A stretch of DNA of 64,000 nt from Antedon mediterranea (GCF_964355755.1 NC_092674.1:25854001-25918000), one strand, 5' to 3'. Shown: positions 26,011 through 40,599, counted from the first letter of the stretch. Numbers and translations are program-made. Notes: generated from the sequence alone by a model not told the origin.

Positions 26011-26834
26011 GTAAGTAAATTAACATAATGACGTCATTGTTTATAACACTCGCTGTCTTAATTAGTACTCATAATGATGATTCCTGTTGATATTTATTAT
26101 TATTCTTAATGATATTATATAATATCAATCGACTTTATTTCGAATACTATAGTTCAATTATGATACTTGAAACCTATATTACAGACATCTCAGGCAGAAA
26201 TCATTAATAAGGCATGATATCTATACTGTACTAAATACTACTTCCTAAATATACTTAACCTAACCTGCTATATAATCTTTCTTAACCCACAAGTTGTCCC
26301 CTTAATGAGGGTGTCTTCGAATTGCTGTTGGCCGTATAGGCCTATAGTTCTAAAACAATAATGTGTCAGCACTCGTTCGTTCATGGGAAAGTGTGCCCTA
26401 AAAAAGAGGTTCTACATTCGAAAACATTATTTTCATTTATTCATTACGTCATGAAAGTTTGGTTACAACAGGAAGCATGCATGCAAGCTATCAATCAAGT
26501 TATCAATACGGTTTTTAATAACAAATTACTAATTGTCGGCAGTAGCAATATTTTTATAGTCTAAATTAGTATTTTATTACTTTTTATCTGATCTTGAATC
26601 AATCTAATCTTTTAAAGACACTATCGACAGAGCCAGCCAACTTTCATTATATCGGAAACTTATTACGGTACGATACTCGGTATTTTAATCTCTCAAGACT
26701 ATTTTGCGAAAAAAAAAAATTTTAAATATTAAAGTTGGCAATGAAAGAACTTGCGGTTAAAATGAATGGTTTTAACAAATTGTTATTGGGCCTAAACTTA
26801 CAGCGCGCGGTCAACAATTAAGATTAGATTAGTT

Positions 26835-27002
26835 GATTGGTTAAAACTATGCGCATGCGTACATTACTTTATACCGTGATGATGTTTAAATACTACGGAC
26901 ATTCACAACGTGCAAGCATTGTTGATGTCGTTAGGTTTCAAGCGTGTATTGCTTGTTTCACTGCCCTTGTAATGGAATAATATTGGATTTACCCGAAGCT
27001 TT
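26835..27002 (+). promoter_or_regulatory. Candidate promoter and alternative first exon
   Basis: Reverse CCAAT (gattgg, 26835-26840), NRF1-like TGCGCATGCG (26850-26859), then a GTAAGT donor at 27003 with no obvious upstream acceptor. Confidence 0.35.
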
Positions 27003-27877
27003 GTAAGTATGTGATTATTTAAAAAAAAATATTATTAGTATCGTATTAGTTATTTCAGGGAGTTGTAAAATATTTTACAACTCCCTGGTTATTTGTAGTG
27101 TACTCTAAAAGATACAGTATTACTATATATTACTTCATTATGAAAAATAATTGTTTATGTCTATAATTGATATCAATATTGATAATTGATATACAGTGGT
27201 ACTACAGTATTTTTGCAATTAATATTGTAGTTATATTTAGTTTTCCAATTTCTGATTGAATGATTGTTTAGACAAAGCGATAGTTGTCTAATTATAATGC
27301 TCGATACTTAATGTATAATTATACTTTAGCTTGTAGAAAGAATAACGCGTGTGAACAGATACAGCGTAACACCATTTTTAAATACAAAACTAATAACACA
27401 ACAAAGGGAGAAGATTTGTTTTACACACATCTCTAATAATACGGTAGACTGACATTTCTAATTATTATTTTTAATGTTTAAGGTATAGGAAATGTGATAT
27501 AGGAAATTGTTTAATTTTTGTTGTTTTTTTTTTCAAATCTTAATTTTGATAAAATCAATTTTTTTCCCCTAGAGTAAATAATATAATAACGGATGGGTTT
27601 TGATTTCACATTCCTTGCATTTTAATTTAGTTTTTTACACATTTTCAATTATTTTTACATACCATGTAACAATATCAAATTGATCATGTAGATATTGAGT
27701 TTGTTTAAAAGGTGTTGTTATATGCTGTATAAAGTATTATTACCAAGGAAGAGAAATTTTACTCTTCCCTGGTAAAACTAATTCGTGCCTGGTGGTGTCT
27801 ATGACTTAGTGCTTCAATTATTCTTATCACTTAGGTCTCTGCATATTCAAAGGTTGCATAAAGCAGAATACATCTCA

Positions 27878-28359
27878 ATGTCTTTGACTCAAGAGAGCAT
27901 TGACTATAACTTGCAGGATATGGAGAGCAGTATGTCTCACGGGTACCCTTCGTTTCCAGATTCCGATGGGTCTACTTACCCATTCAACGATTCGTACCTT
28001 AACAATTATTTCCATGAGGATATGCCATGCCACTCTCTTTTTGGGAAACAGAATTTGATTATAAAACTCATCATTGTCACTCTCTACGTTTTGATAATTT
28101 TTGTTTGTGGAATTGGAAACAGTTTTTTGATCATTATTATCCTTTCGAGACGTCGTTTACGGAGTGTGACGAACCTACTGATTGCGAATTTAGCATTCTC
28201 GGATCTTCTGCTCGCCATCTGGTGCGCGCCTTTTAACTTCCATTTCAAACTCACAGAAAACTGGATATTTGGAACGGTTCTTTGTAAAATCATGAACACT
28301 GTGATGATGATATCGATGTTCGCATCTGTCAACACGTTGCTGGTTATCTCTATAGACAG
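27878..28359 (+). CDS. Prokineticin receptor-like class A GPCR, coding exon 1 (N-terminus to TM3)
   Basis: Acceptor ttcttatcacttAG ends at 27834 and ATG is at 27878 (MSLTQES...). TM1 VCGIGN, TM2 TNLLIANLAFSD, ECL1 WIFG..LCK, TM3 ending SIDR. Donor AG|GTAAGA at 28360. The exact start Met is uncertain. Confidence 0.9.
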
Positions 28360-28784
28360 GTAAGACTCGCTTATACTACTACATTCTACTTTAATTTTTT
28401 GTTGCCCTAAACGATATTTCTTTCATCTTGATAGTAATTCATTTCCGCCTAAGAACGTCTTCCTAATGAAGACCATATATATCCGACTTTAGCTAGACCT
28501 AGCTTGTCGCCTTTTGCGTAAGAGCGTTAACAGCTATGATAAACAAGTAGATTCCACTCTGAGTAATTACTGAAAGAAAAGGACGACTACGTGTTCAGTT
28601 CTTTGATCATCCTTGATTAATATAATCCACGATGCACTCTTTTGAAGGTGTTCTCCAATATAGTATTTAAAGGATGGATTCATAACCTTGCCTCCAATTT
28701 GATACCACTTTCAGTAAACCAGATAAACACGGAAGGTGGTCTTTTATCATGAACACTGAAGAAGCACACATTTCACACACATGC

Positions 28785-29152
28785 CCAATTATCAACTTAT
28801 GCTTGCATGTCCCATTATTTATTATCAACGTATTAACGCGTGGACATTATTATCAACGTATTAACGCGCGCCCATTAATATCAACGTAATAACGCGCGCC
28901 AATTTTTATCAACGCATTAACGCGCGCCCATTATAAGCAACGTATGCAGGCATACGCGTTATTATCAGCGTATCTACGCGCACCGCATTATCAACGTATT
29001 TATGCACGCCCATTGTATCAATGGATACACGCGCGCCCCTTTATTATCAACGTATGCACACGCACCCCATTTAGCAACCTATACACATGCGTCCAATTCT
29101 TATAAACGTATGAATGCGCACTTCATCATTACCGACGTATGGACGCGCGCGT
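28785..29152. repeat. Degenerate ~28-bp minisatellite
   Basis: Unit approximately CCATTATTATCAACGTATTAACGCGCGC. Confidence 0.8.
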
Positions 29153-32100
29153 AAACTACATGACACTTCGTCACTAATGTTTTGTGAAATCACATGTTTA
29201 AATACTATTTCAAATTGCACTTTGAATCATTGTAACTCCCGGCATACTATTATAGTCACGATTCATAAAAGCAAATATGTGTCAATTAGTTAGAATGGAT
29301 GTACTATTAGTTTTAGAATTTATCTTTGATGTTATTTGATACTCATAATATTAGAATGTTTCTCTTGTTTATGACTAAATAAACTCACGGTTGCCTGCTT
29401 CGATCTCTCTTATTTAAACTATCAGTTTAAAGATGCCGTCTCGGAATTGCCTGTCTCAATACCGTTATGTATATATCCTTTTTATTAAGATTCAATTCCG
29501 AGAACACTTGGAGTATGTAGTATTGGTACTGCCTTTTTAACTGTACAGTGACGCTGTATCTTGTCTTGTCGACTACCAGTCTCAGTACTGGGTTCCTATC
29601 CGCGCGGTACCGATACCAGCCCTCTTGCTTTTGCTCTCATTAGTATTAATGAAATGATAAAAACATTATGCGCGTGATCGTTGTTATATTCTTACAAACT
29701 AATTTAGAACAGAATTCAGACAGATATCATCAAAATATGACACTCATTGACAGTCTTTTAATTATACAATTAGTGTGAAATTAGGCGGCTTACAAACTCA
29801 TATACAGCAATCGATAAAACAGAGTATCTGATGCAGAGTGGATAATTCCATCACGTAAAGTACAATCAAGTTATAATGAAACAATCAAGGAGAAAAGGAT
29901 TGAACAATCTTGAATAGGTGCTTTTCATGTTATGTACATAGCCGGATTCACTTGAGATATAGCATTAATGTTGATTAAAGTTTGTTTGTTTTTTTTTGGT
30001 TAACGTTGGCTAACCGTTAGAAGTATAAGTGTGCGAACGTTTCTTACTATATCTCGTTTATACTAGGATCTTGCTGTTATGGATTAACCCAATTTGTATA
30101 ATTTTAGCAGCCGATTCTCGGTACTGTATATATTTTCGAAGTATTAAATAACAATAATCATAATAACAATAATTACAATAATTAAAAATAAGTAGTAGTA
30201 ACAGTAGTAATGACTACAATTTTTATGCGTTTAAATTGTTAATGTAAATATGTATATGTTTGTATGATGTAGTAGGCCTATGTTTAAGCGGATATTAGCC
30301 CTTGATGGCATTTTCAGCAATAAAGAAATTGAATTGAATTGAATTGAATTTGTGTATACAGAAATAATTATATAACCCTTAACATAACCTTACATTATAC
30401 AGGCACCACATGTGATATAAATGAGATGCTGTATTACCAAACATTCCTATGATAAGTCCTACATCGGAAATAGATAGTTGTGGAGATACAGCACTGGGAA
30501 TAGGGTGTTTTTAGACACGTGTAAAGCTCTGTGTGTGATGTGCCTAAATATGGTAGTAATATGTTCAAATATGGTAGTGATATGACATCATCATGTCCAT
30601 ATATGGGCACATCACATTTAGTTTGATAGTGTAGAAAGAGCTTTAGCATTCGGTTTACGTCTTGTTCACACTGCTCTAATAAGGACTTTCATATAATCTA
30701 ACGGTTGCCGTGTACGTGAGAAAATAATACACTAAATGGGTATACTTATCACGTGGTACTACTATCCTAACGTTTAGACGTATGTCTTAGGTCTCGTTCA
30801 CACTAGGAAAAAGTTAAGATTATGTGATAACCGTAGCTAAAATTCGTACTAATCTTCGTCTGGTCACACTAGGATGTTCCTACCCGATTTCACTTTCAGA
30901 GACTCATGGTAATCTTAATTAAAGGTATTGGCATTGTTTTCCTGATGACGTTGAGAAAATGAGTGTAGGTTAGGAGTAAGCAGTTTGTTGGCTGAGCTTA
31001 TCTAATCGTTTTGTTCATCGGTTATATCATAGCCAGGCTCCTATCATCAGTTTAGTAATAAAGAATTTAAAACAATAAAGCATACAATGACAGTTTAATC
31101 ATCTTATAAAAATACTCAGCTGTCTACCATCCTTTACAGCAGCTGTACTATTACCTTGGCATATCCATTCATGTTCTGGATGATGATGCTGTCACCCGTA
31201 AACAGTCCTTCCCAATAATTTCAAAACTCTGAGCGATAATGTAGCCTACTACTGGAAACCATGCATGTCACCCATAAATCAGGACATTATGTGGTAGGCC
31301 TACTTCGTTATTAATCATTGAAATAGTAATGTTAATTGGAATCAATATAGGCCCAGGATGCAATTGTTTTGTCCGTTCTTGAATCCGAGCGTTCTCGTAC
31401 TCGGGGCCCAGGGTAGGAGAGCCCCGACCTAAAGACAAAGCTATATATAATAAATGTGAATTGTGTTTTTTCAATTTCGTGACATGTCTTCAACTATATT
31501 CACGCGAATCTAACGGTCCTCGGTTACTTTTGGTGCATTACGCAACAACGCAACGACGTAGGCGCACCGCAAGTGAGTTGACCAATCACACGCGACAGTT
31601 TGGATGATCCATCGCATTGTTGATTGGTCAAATTGTTTGCGGAGCGCTTATGTCCTTGCGTTCCAATGGGAACGGTTTACCGGTACATTTACGACGCTTA
31701 TGAATCTCTATCTCAGTACAGTACTTCTTTCCTTACAAATTAATTCCCCTTTGCCAGCACCATGCTAAATACTTCACCTTTACACCTTAGCATTCACTCA
31801 TACTGATGAACACAAAGTGCATCGGATTCCCTTGTTTACTTTAATAAATAACCGCTTATGCACACAATAGTACAGCTGATGCTCTACGCCATTAACGGTA
31901 TTACTGGTTACTTTTGCCTGACCCCCAAAAGACTTGAATGAGGATTCCATATATCTACAAAAACAATCTGTTAAATGAGTTTCAATGTGAAACGAATGCA
32001 ATAATAGCTTATGGATAAACTATTGACACACTCACAGTATCATATGTTAATCAAACAAAATATATAATGATCCTCTGTTCATCGTTAAAATGTAAACATC

Positions 32101-32697
32101 GTCTAATTTAAATAAATTATACTCTTACCCCAAAATATTAAAAATAAACAAAAATCGTACTTTTAATATGCCATCTTGTAATTTTAATCAAGTTATTTAC
32201 TTTTCTTCTCGCCGAAAAAAAAAAATATTTTGCTTATAAAAAAACCCAATAAATTAGCAGCCTATTTAATTTTCAGATATTGGGCTTCTTAGGCTCTATC
32301 TACACTACTAAAAATGTGACAAAAAATGTGATGTGCCCATATATTGATATGATGATGATGTCACTACCATAATGAGTGACATCATCATTACCATATTTGG
32401 GCACATTTTTTTTGTCAAACTAGTTTTATAGTTTAGACAGGGCTTTATAAGTAGACTATTCTTATTTACTGTTGTATCAGGTAAATAATTGCTATGAGTG
32501 AAAATAAGTCTCTATGGTTACAAACAACATTGGTTTTCAGATATTAATTTCTCAAAAATATTGAATTTCAAACTAAATCCAACCGGATTATTGATTTATA
32601 ATTTTAGTTATTAAAAGTAAATCCGTGCTAGATTGAATCATGTTAATACAGCATAATTAAAACGTTGGAAATCAAAGAACACGGAATACATAATGTA

Positions 32698-33056
32698 GGG
32701 TCGTTTGACGCAGTGAGTTGGACGTTGGATTACTGGTCGTGAGATCGTGGTTCGAATCCTCATGCCGCATTGCTTGTATCCTTAGGCAAAACACTTTACT
32801 TGCATTTGCCTCTCTCCACCCAGGTGTATAAGTGGGTACCGGTTAGATAAAGACACAATTTTGCGCTGATTACCAGCTACATTATGGGAGTATGTTTTTT
32901 TATACGTGTTTTATCAAAAAAATGACCGTGGGAATAATGTACAGCGCATTAAAAGCTTACTTATATGCGCTATAAAGGCATATTTGTTAAGCGTCTCTTT
33001 GAGCATGCTTAATCATGAAAAGGGCGCTATATAAATGTAGTATATTATTATTATGA
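32698..33056 (+). mobile_element. tRNA-derived CORE-type SINE with L2-like tail
   Basis: B box GGTTCGAATCC, core GTATCCTTAGGCAAAACACTTTAC..GCCTCTCTCCACCCAGGTGTATAAGTGGGTAC, and a tail GGCGCTATATAAAT..(ATT)n. Confidence 0.75.
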
Positions 33057-33341
33057 TAATACAATTATGAAAAATGTTTACGTAAGTATTATACTCAACA
33101 ATTGTATTGAAATATTACTATTATTTAATAATTCAATAACTGTTGGCATACATGCAGTTACTGGTAACTGTGTATTGTGTTTAGTAACGCCACAGTACAT
33201 GCTACCTGTTATTGTTTTTCATTATAATCTTTATGTAAATTAACAATGAATATATACATAAATTACAATAAAATAATTATCAATTCAATAGAGGGACTAA
33301 AATTAAGTATCTTCTTAACAATGGAATATTTTGCTTTATAA

Positions 33342-33895
33342 TTCAGAACTAATACAATAAAACCATAGTAAGAGGACCCGACATAGTGTCATTTTAATAG
33401 AGGTGTCTTCTGAATAGGACTTTGACGAAATGTTAATACCATATTTCCCCTTTATTTTTTCACGGGAATGTGTCCCTGAATAGGGATCTCCCAAATGAGG
33501 GCTACTGCTGGCCTATAGACCTAAACGGTGGAACAATTCAGAACCAATACAATAGAACCATAATAATATTATTAGGATGACCCGACAAAGTGTCCCTTTA
33601 ATAGAGGTGTCTTCTGAATATCTGGGTTTGCCGGAATGTTAATACCATATTCCCCGGGAATGTGTCCCTGAATATAGATCTCCGAAATGAGGGCTACTGC
33701 TGGCCTATAGGCCTAAAAGGTGGAACAATTCAAAACCAATACAATAGAACCATAATAATATTATTAGGATGACCCGACAAAGTGTCCTTTAATAGAGGAG
33801 TCTTCTGAATATATATGGGTTTGCCGAAATGTTGATACCATTTTTCTTCACGGAAATGTATCCCTGGATAGGAATCTCCCAAAGGATAGTAGGCC
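33342..33895. repeat. ~190-bp tandem repeat, 3 copies
   Basis: AATTCAGAACCAATACAATAGAACCATA...AATAGAGGTGTCTTCTGAATA...AATGAGGGCTACTGCTGGCCTATAG is repeated. Confidence 0.8.
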
Positions 33896-34281
33896 CAATA
33901 TGCTTAAACTCATTTTAGCAATTTGAACGAGAAATAAAATAAAGAATAATAACATAAACAAAACTGATAAATTACTTAACCATAAAAAGAATATTTCATA
34001 TTGTATATGTGAAGCTTGTGGATTTTCTTTTTGATTAGGAGACAAGATATTTTATTTAATCATATGATATTGTAATTCTAGTTTCACGTCTGTGATGACA
34101 TCATATCACTGTCATATTTGAGCACATCACTACCATATTTGGACATTTCACTACCATATTTGGGCACATCACACTTTTTTTTGTCAAACTAGTTTGAAAG
34201 TGTATACAGAGCTTTATAGTGACAAAATATATGTGGCACATCACATTTATTTGTCGTCAAACTAGTGTAGACAGAGCTTAA

Positions 34282-34628
34282 AGATTTATTTTCCCCCTGA
34301 AAAAATAATGCTTAAAACATTTTTTTTTTTAATATTTCATTTTAATGTAACATAATAGTTATCTACTTTGACCAAAAATTGGATCGGAAAAAAAAGTATT
34401 TACCTGAAAAAAATGTAATTTAGAGCAAAAAATAGTCAAATTGGCTGCCAGCCAATGGATTTTTGGTTGAATTTAACCATTTATGTTGTCATTTTATTAG
34501 TGAAAACATTATTTGTTTTCATTTTTTCTCTATGGAAGTGATTAACTTCATTAAAACTACAAATTAACATATTAAATGTCTGATTTAATTAATCTTCATT
34601 TTTCATGTTTTTGGGGGACAATACATCT
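34282..34628. mobile_element. Kolobok-like MITE copy abutting a family C MITE
   Basis: TTAA at 34278-34281 and 34629-34632, with the same internal sequence as 9543-9835 in reverse orientation. Confidence 0.75.
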
Positions 34629-35163
34629 TTAACATCAGTAAAGTTGATTTTTGAGACGTAAAGACAGTCACAGTTCTAAGGTTGTTGCTCCAGTATATTC
34701 ACAAAGTATTTGCTCACGGTATTAAAAACATCAATGCATATAATATAGGCAAACAAACAATTACGATACAGCTGTTAAATTTGAAAAACTAACGTGCTTG
34801 ATGGTCAGTTTCTGCGTCTGATGGTGACGCGATGATGACGCAAGTTATGGAGAAATGCCTCAACCACGTATGGCCGCCGAAAGCGTAATTTAATCAGAAT
34901 TTTTACATTAAATTCTGTCATGTTGAAATTATGATTATTAGAAAAGCATTTGATCTTTTAAAAAAATATTAATATTATAGCAAACTATAAGCCGTGGCCA
35001 CTTAGCAGATTGTGGTATTATTGAATTTTATTTTCACAGTGCACATTAACAAAATATACAGAACAATTTCAGAATAAAAATAAAATCCTTATAACTTCAT
35101 GTAGGTAAACTCATAGCGATAATAATTTGTAGTAGTTCAAAGTAGGTCTATGTAATTGCTCCA

Positions 35164-35645
35164 GGGAATTACGTATATAGAAACATGACGTAATGTTGCC
35201 GAATAATTTTGAAAAAAAATATTGGATTCGAGGAATCACGTATAGAAATATGATGTAAATGTAAATGTTATCGAATATCGGTAGGGTACATTAAACAAAT
35301 CGGATTCGAACCTATCAGTTCTAACTCACCAAGCTACTATAACTGTGTCGGGGAATTGGGTATAGAAATATGATGTAAATGTAAGTTTTACCGAATATCA
35401 CTACATTAAACAAATCGGATTCGAACCTTCAGTTCCAACTTACCAATGTAGTAACTGCGTCGGGGAATCACGTATAGAAATATGATGTAAATGTAAATTT
35501 TACCGAATATCGGTACTTCTAAATAAAATCGGATTCGAACCTACAGTATCAATTCCAACTTACCAAGGTAGTAACTGCGTCGGGGAATCAGATATAAGAA
35601 TATATAGCCTAAATGTAAATTTTACCGAATAATGATACATTAAAA
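35164..35645. repeat. ~115-120-bp tandem repeat with B-box motif, ~4 copies
   Basis: Unit GGAAT...TATAGAAATATGATGTAAATGTAA...CCGAATATC...AAATCGGATTCGAACC...AACTGCGTCGG. Confidence 0.8.
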
Positions 35646-36989
35646 AAAAAACAACGGCAAGAAGTGTCCGTTTATATATTTTGTCTGAAAAACTTTCAGC
35701 CAATCAGAGCTGAGGAAAGCCGCTAGTTTGGATTTACATAAACAGCCATTTCACTTATAACTTAGGCCTATACCTAACTAGTTTTACCTTCTGGTTTTAA
35801 GTGTTTTTGTTTTCTTGTTTTGCCCTGCATATGTTTGGTCCTCCAAGCTGTGACCTGGGATGATTGTAATGTTATATTGTTATGTTTGTTTGAAATAAAG
35901 GATGATTTTACTATACTTATTGTTTACATTATTGCTGTTTAGAGTATGTGCTCATAACATTTTGTATGTTTTATTACGATTGTATGGTTTTCCCTGGTGG
36001 ATGCGAAGTATATTTTTTTTTTTTTTTTTCTCTTTTGTGGCGTTAACCACTATTTATTCATTTCATTTCATCAACAGATTAATACAATTATTTCTCATAA
36101 TAATAATAACTATTCATTGTTATTCTTACTTTTGTTTGGTTTGGTGTATTTATATATATATATATATTTTTTTTTTTATTTTTTTATTTTATCAACGTTA
36201 CTGTTCTTGGAATCAGAGCATTATTTCTTTTCTGTTATCCACCTTTTTTCATAATTTTCTAGTATTTTTTTGTTCTATAATTCTCAACATCTAACATTGT
36301 GAACACTTAACTAATAAATGTACTGTAGGAGATACATTTACTAATGTTGTATAGTTATTTTCGGTAGTATTTTTGACATACAATTCATTTATACCCTATA
36401 TACAGATTATATACATTATTTTAAAATACGAATAAAAAAAACAAAAACAAAAATATTAAAAATGCTTTTCTTACTCCTGTGTCTAGTTTTATGTCTCATG
36501 GTTATATTTGTTTGCTTATCTTCTCGTGCGTTACTTATGTTGCGTTACGTTTCTTTTTTGTTTTCAATATTAATTTATACAATTTTTTTTTTTTTTATTT
36601 ATATTTCATATAAGATAAAATGAAACTGCCTATGTGTATTATACAACATTATTATGTAATATATTTTAAATAATCAGATTCACATCAATATATGCGAAGT
36701 ATATTACAACATGATTGAAGAAATTGCATTATTTTTATTGACCGTTTTCCATGAAATTCGGTCATCATGGACGAGTTAATAATTTGAAACGCTCCATCCG
36801 GGGATTAAATCCCGGGAGAATTTGTGACCAATTACTGCTAATCAAAGATTTATCTTTTACAGAAATGACCTAAATTGTGATTAGCTAGTAAATCTATCCC
36901 TGAATATGTAGTGATATTTTTTTAGCATTTTGAATAAAAATAAAACTAAAATTTGCCGATTTTGAAGTAATATATAATTCAAATGTTAA

Positions 36990-37277
36990 GGCTCTGTCTA
37001 CACTACTATCAAACATTATGTGACAATAAACTGTGATGTTCCCATATATGGACATGTTGATGTCATATCACTACCATATTTGAGCACATCACTGCCATAT
37101 ATGGGCACATCACTACCATATGTGGGCACATCAAACTAGTTTGACAGTGTAGACAGAGCTTTATAGTGACAACAAAATTGATGTGCCCATATATGGACAC
37201 GATGACGTCATATCACTAACAAATTGGGACACATCACAGCTTTTTTTTGTGTCTAGTTTGATAGTGTAGACAGAGCT
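36990..37277. mobile_element. MITE family C (TIR AGCTCTGTCTACACTA), tandem pair
   Basis: TIRs plus internal ~22-bp repeats (CATCACTACCATATTTGGGCA). Other copies lie at ~22338-22488, 30525-30642, 32292-32444, 34090-34278, 39000-39159, 41497-41635 and 60244-60401. Confidence 0.75.
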
Positions 37278-40200
37278 TTGTGCATTCTTTTTCAACATAG
37301 ATACAATTTAGTTTTTATCTACCTCTCCCTTTGAATTATACCTCTCTAATTGCAACTATTTTCCTATGGATGGAAAAAAATATTGATATTTTTGTTGACT
37401 GCTTAATGAAACCTCACAAAATTATGATAATATAATATTGGAAATATGTATAATTGATGGCAGCAGATAACATGATTGTTTAGGCCTAAGCTTCGACTAA
37501 CTAAATGTAATTACCTTATATGGGACTGTTTCAACTACATATCATTAAACATTGTATACAAAATACGATATTAAATAATTATCCTTATAATATGCTATAA
37601 CTATCGAACCGCCTTTATATTTGTTTTTGTTTTCTGGTCATTTGACCCACACACATACATACAATAGTAGATGTTTTTGTAGGCGTTACATATTGGAAAG
37701 TGCTTGAGGAGACAGTTAATTGTGTGATGAACCTATGCTATGATATATGATGGTGAATTATCCATAATTTACGTATTATATTATGTTATTATATTACCAA
37801 ACTTCGCGCGAATGAAGCAAGAGTGCCTGAGTACTGTAATTACACCGACCCTTTTAAATTAAAAAGCCATTATATTTTCTTGGACCTATCGATAATCCTG
37901 ACCTAATCAAAATCATTGAATTAAGAAAAAAGTTGTGAGTACTATTTATCTATTTGTTGGTCCATTGTGTTTAGTTTTGTTCTTCGTTTACGAGAAAGTG
38001 TCCACTTAATACCGTAAGGTGTAGGCCTATTCAGTCTTATCCTAAATACAATCGGCATACACCAATTCATGTGACCAATAGTTGGATACGGTACGCTTAG
38101 AGAATCGTATGTTCCCGTCAAGTCAATACTAAATCAATCAATCACTAAGTCCAACGATTATGATAATTATAATAATCATAATGATTCTACTACAGTACTT
38201 GTAAGCACCTACTCGTAAATACATAGAAGAATCACATGATAAAATGTACGTTATATTAATCATACGAACGTTGAATGCTACTTGAATTAACGTAATATGG
38301 TTTAGGAGATATGTTATTTGATGCCCTAAACATGTGTCACTTAAAGGTATGGAAGGCTTACATCTTAACTAAACTACATTCAACACATTGAAATGGAACA
38401 CATCGCCGTTCAATTCTGTATATTTTGCTTTTACATTATTTACCAACACGACACCGTCTTCCATTTCGTCTTAAGCCCTGTCTGCACTATAAGAATGTTA
38501 AGATAATCTCTCAGATCTTTCAATAAGGGATACCAATGCATGAATTGCGGTATGGTATATTAATTTTAATTAGATCCATTACACCACTCCCTACATGTTT
38601 TAGAGATACCTTGGAGTGAATCCTGTTATTATCGATTATATAAACCCAACGGTTGGATTTAAATTAAAATTTTTTTAAATTTTATATAAATAAAACGATT
38701 TGCATTCTTGGCCGATGTTAGGGAAACCCTACCGTTTATTTCGTCCACAAAACAAGTGGACATATTGTGCTTGTCTCATACAAAGTTAAAACATTAACTG
38801 AAAAAACAAATAACACAGCAATTCTAATCCTAAAGTTATCGACATCGATATCATGAAAAAAGTCAAATCATTGACAAAATAGAAAATAAATTATCCACCT
38901 CCCTTGCGGTTGTACTGTATGATACTGGAGGGAACAAAGGAGCGAATATATTATTATAACTTGATGAAGAGGGTGGGAAACATCCAGAACAATGCGACTA
39001 TGACAAAAAATGCGATGTGCCAATGTATGGACATGATGATGTCATCACTACCATATGTGGGCTTATCACTACCATATTTGGGCTTATCACTATCATATTT
39101 TGGCACATCACATTTTTATTTGCCAAACTACTTAGTTACTTAGATAGTGTAGACATAGCTATACGGAGTGTGAATTTGTAACTTATAACTATACTACGTT
39201 GTCTTTTTAAAGTTTTGGAACATCTCGAGCGGTGAAAATACATCTTAGTAGTATCTTTTTAATTAGTGACGTAATCAGTTATGATGTAAAATGTCTGTTG
39301 GTAACGACAGTGATAAATCGCAAAAGATTAATCAAAAACTCTAGAAAGACCCAGCCCATCCCGTTATTATTCTTGCTGGTTCCGCCCTAGACTTGCCCCA
39401 AGTCTGTATTTATTGTCTTTTTTATGTTTGTCCACCAGTCGACGTTTCGATTTTTGTCTGAAGCTCAAGTAGTATACGTATGAAACGCCATATTTGCCAA
39501 AATATTTATCACAAATAAGAACACAAAGAAGATTTAATCATGTATTTTACCGCCATTTTTCATTTTTTAATTTTAATTAACATCGTATCTAAAATTCTAA
39601 ATGAAATCAAATATGGTTAATACTGAATTCAAGCATCTATGTATATACCTGTATTTTAACTACTTTAAACACTTACTTTTAATTGTCACAAATGTACTTA
39701 TATGTATATAATATATTCATCACTGAGAATTTAAATGAACGTGAGAAGAACTCACACAAGACAAAAACAAATCTTTTTACTAATTAAGTCAAAATCCAGG
39801 CTAGTTCCGCCCCAACTTGCTTGTCCAGATCTCCTACCATGTTATGGTTTCTAGTCGGGTATATGTTTCTTTTCAGATATGTATCATTTGCTATCTTGTA
39901 TGCCTATATTTATTAGTGGTAATTAAATATCTATATCTTTACTAAAATGTGTAGTTACCACTGAAACTGCACGATTTATCGGGAATCAAAAATACATAAA
40001 GAATAACATTGACCTAATTTTTCCATTTTTTTCTTTCAAAATTTTTAGTACGTGATCACAAATTTTATTGAACAAATTTTTTTATGTATAAAATGTTATA
40101 TTACATTGATTTTTTATTCGCATTTTATAATTATCTAAACTCTACGATAAAACAGTAGATGGCCATTTTATTCACTGGTTTTTTTTAATGTATTATTGAA

Positions 40201-40457
40201 CCAAATTTGTAAATGTGATGGCAATTCTTGCTTTGTTCGGGTTGATTTTTACAGTCGTTTTATGGGCCATGGATTTTTCCCTTACATCAGTATCATCACG
40301 CAACATTGATTAATATTGTGTATATTAACCACAACAGTGAGTACTGTGAATAAAAAAATATCAAAAAAAATAGGTATTGATACATATTAAACATGATTGA
40401 CAAGATAGTAGAGCACCCGTATCAGTGCTGTCCCAACATTCGGTCATTCATGTCATT

Positions 40458-40599
40458 GGCAAATTCTGTAATACAGCATCACATGTGTTTATCACATATG
40501 GCGCCTGTATCGTCAAAGCTGTCGTTAAAGGTTGGTTAGAATCTATGATACAGACGTTATAATAGTAAACACATGTGATCCTGTATCACGGAATTTGCC
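40458..40599. mobile_element. Small MITE with 34-bp TIR
   Basis: GGCAAATTCTGTAATACAGCATCACATGTGTTTA pairs with TAAACACATGTGATCCTGTATCACGGAATTTGCC (3 mismatches). Confidence 0.6.

Noticed and set aside
27785-27877. N-terminal extension of the GPCR in the ORF track (GTG start)
   Set aside because: It crosses the acceptor at 27834. The first ATG in the exon is 27878.
35902-36294. Hydrophobic 130-aa ORF
   Set aside because: It comes from T-rich low-complexity sequence.
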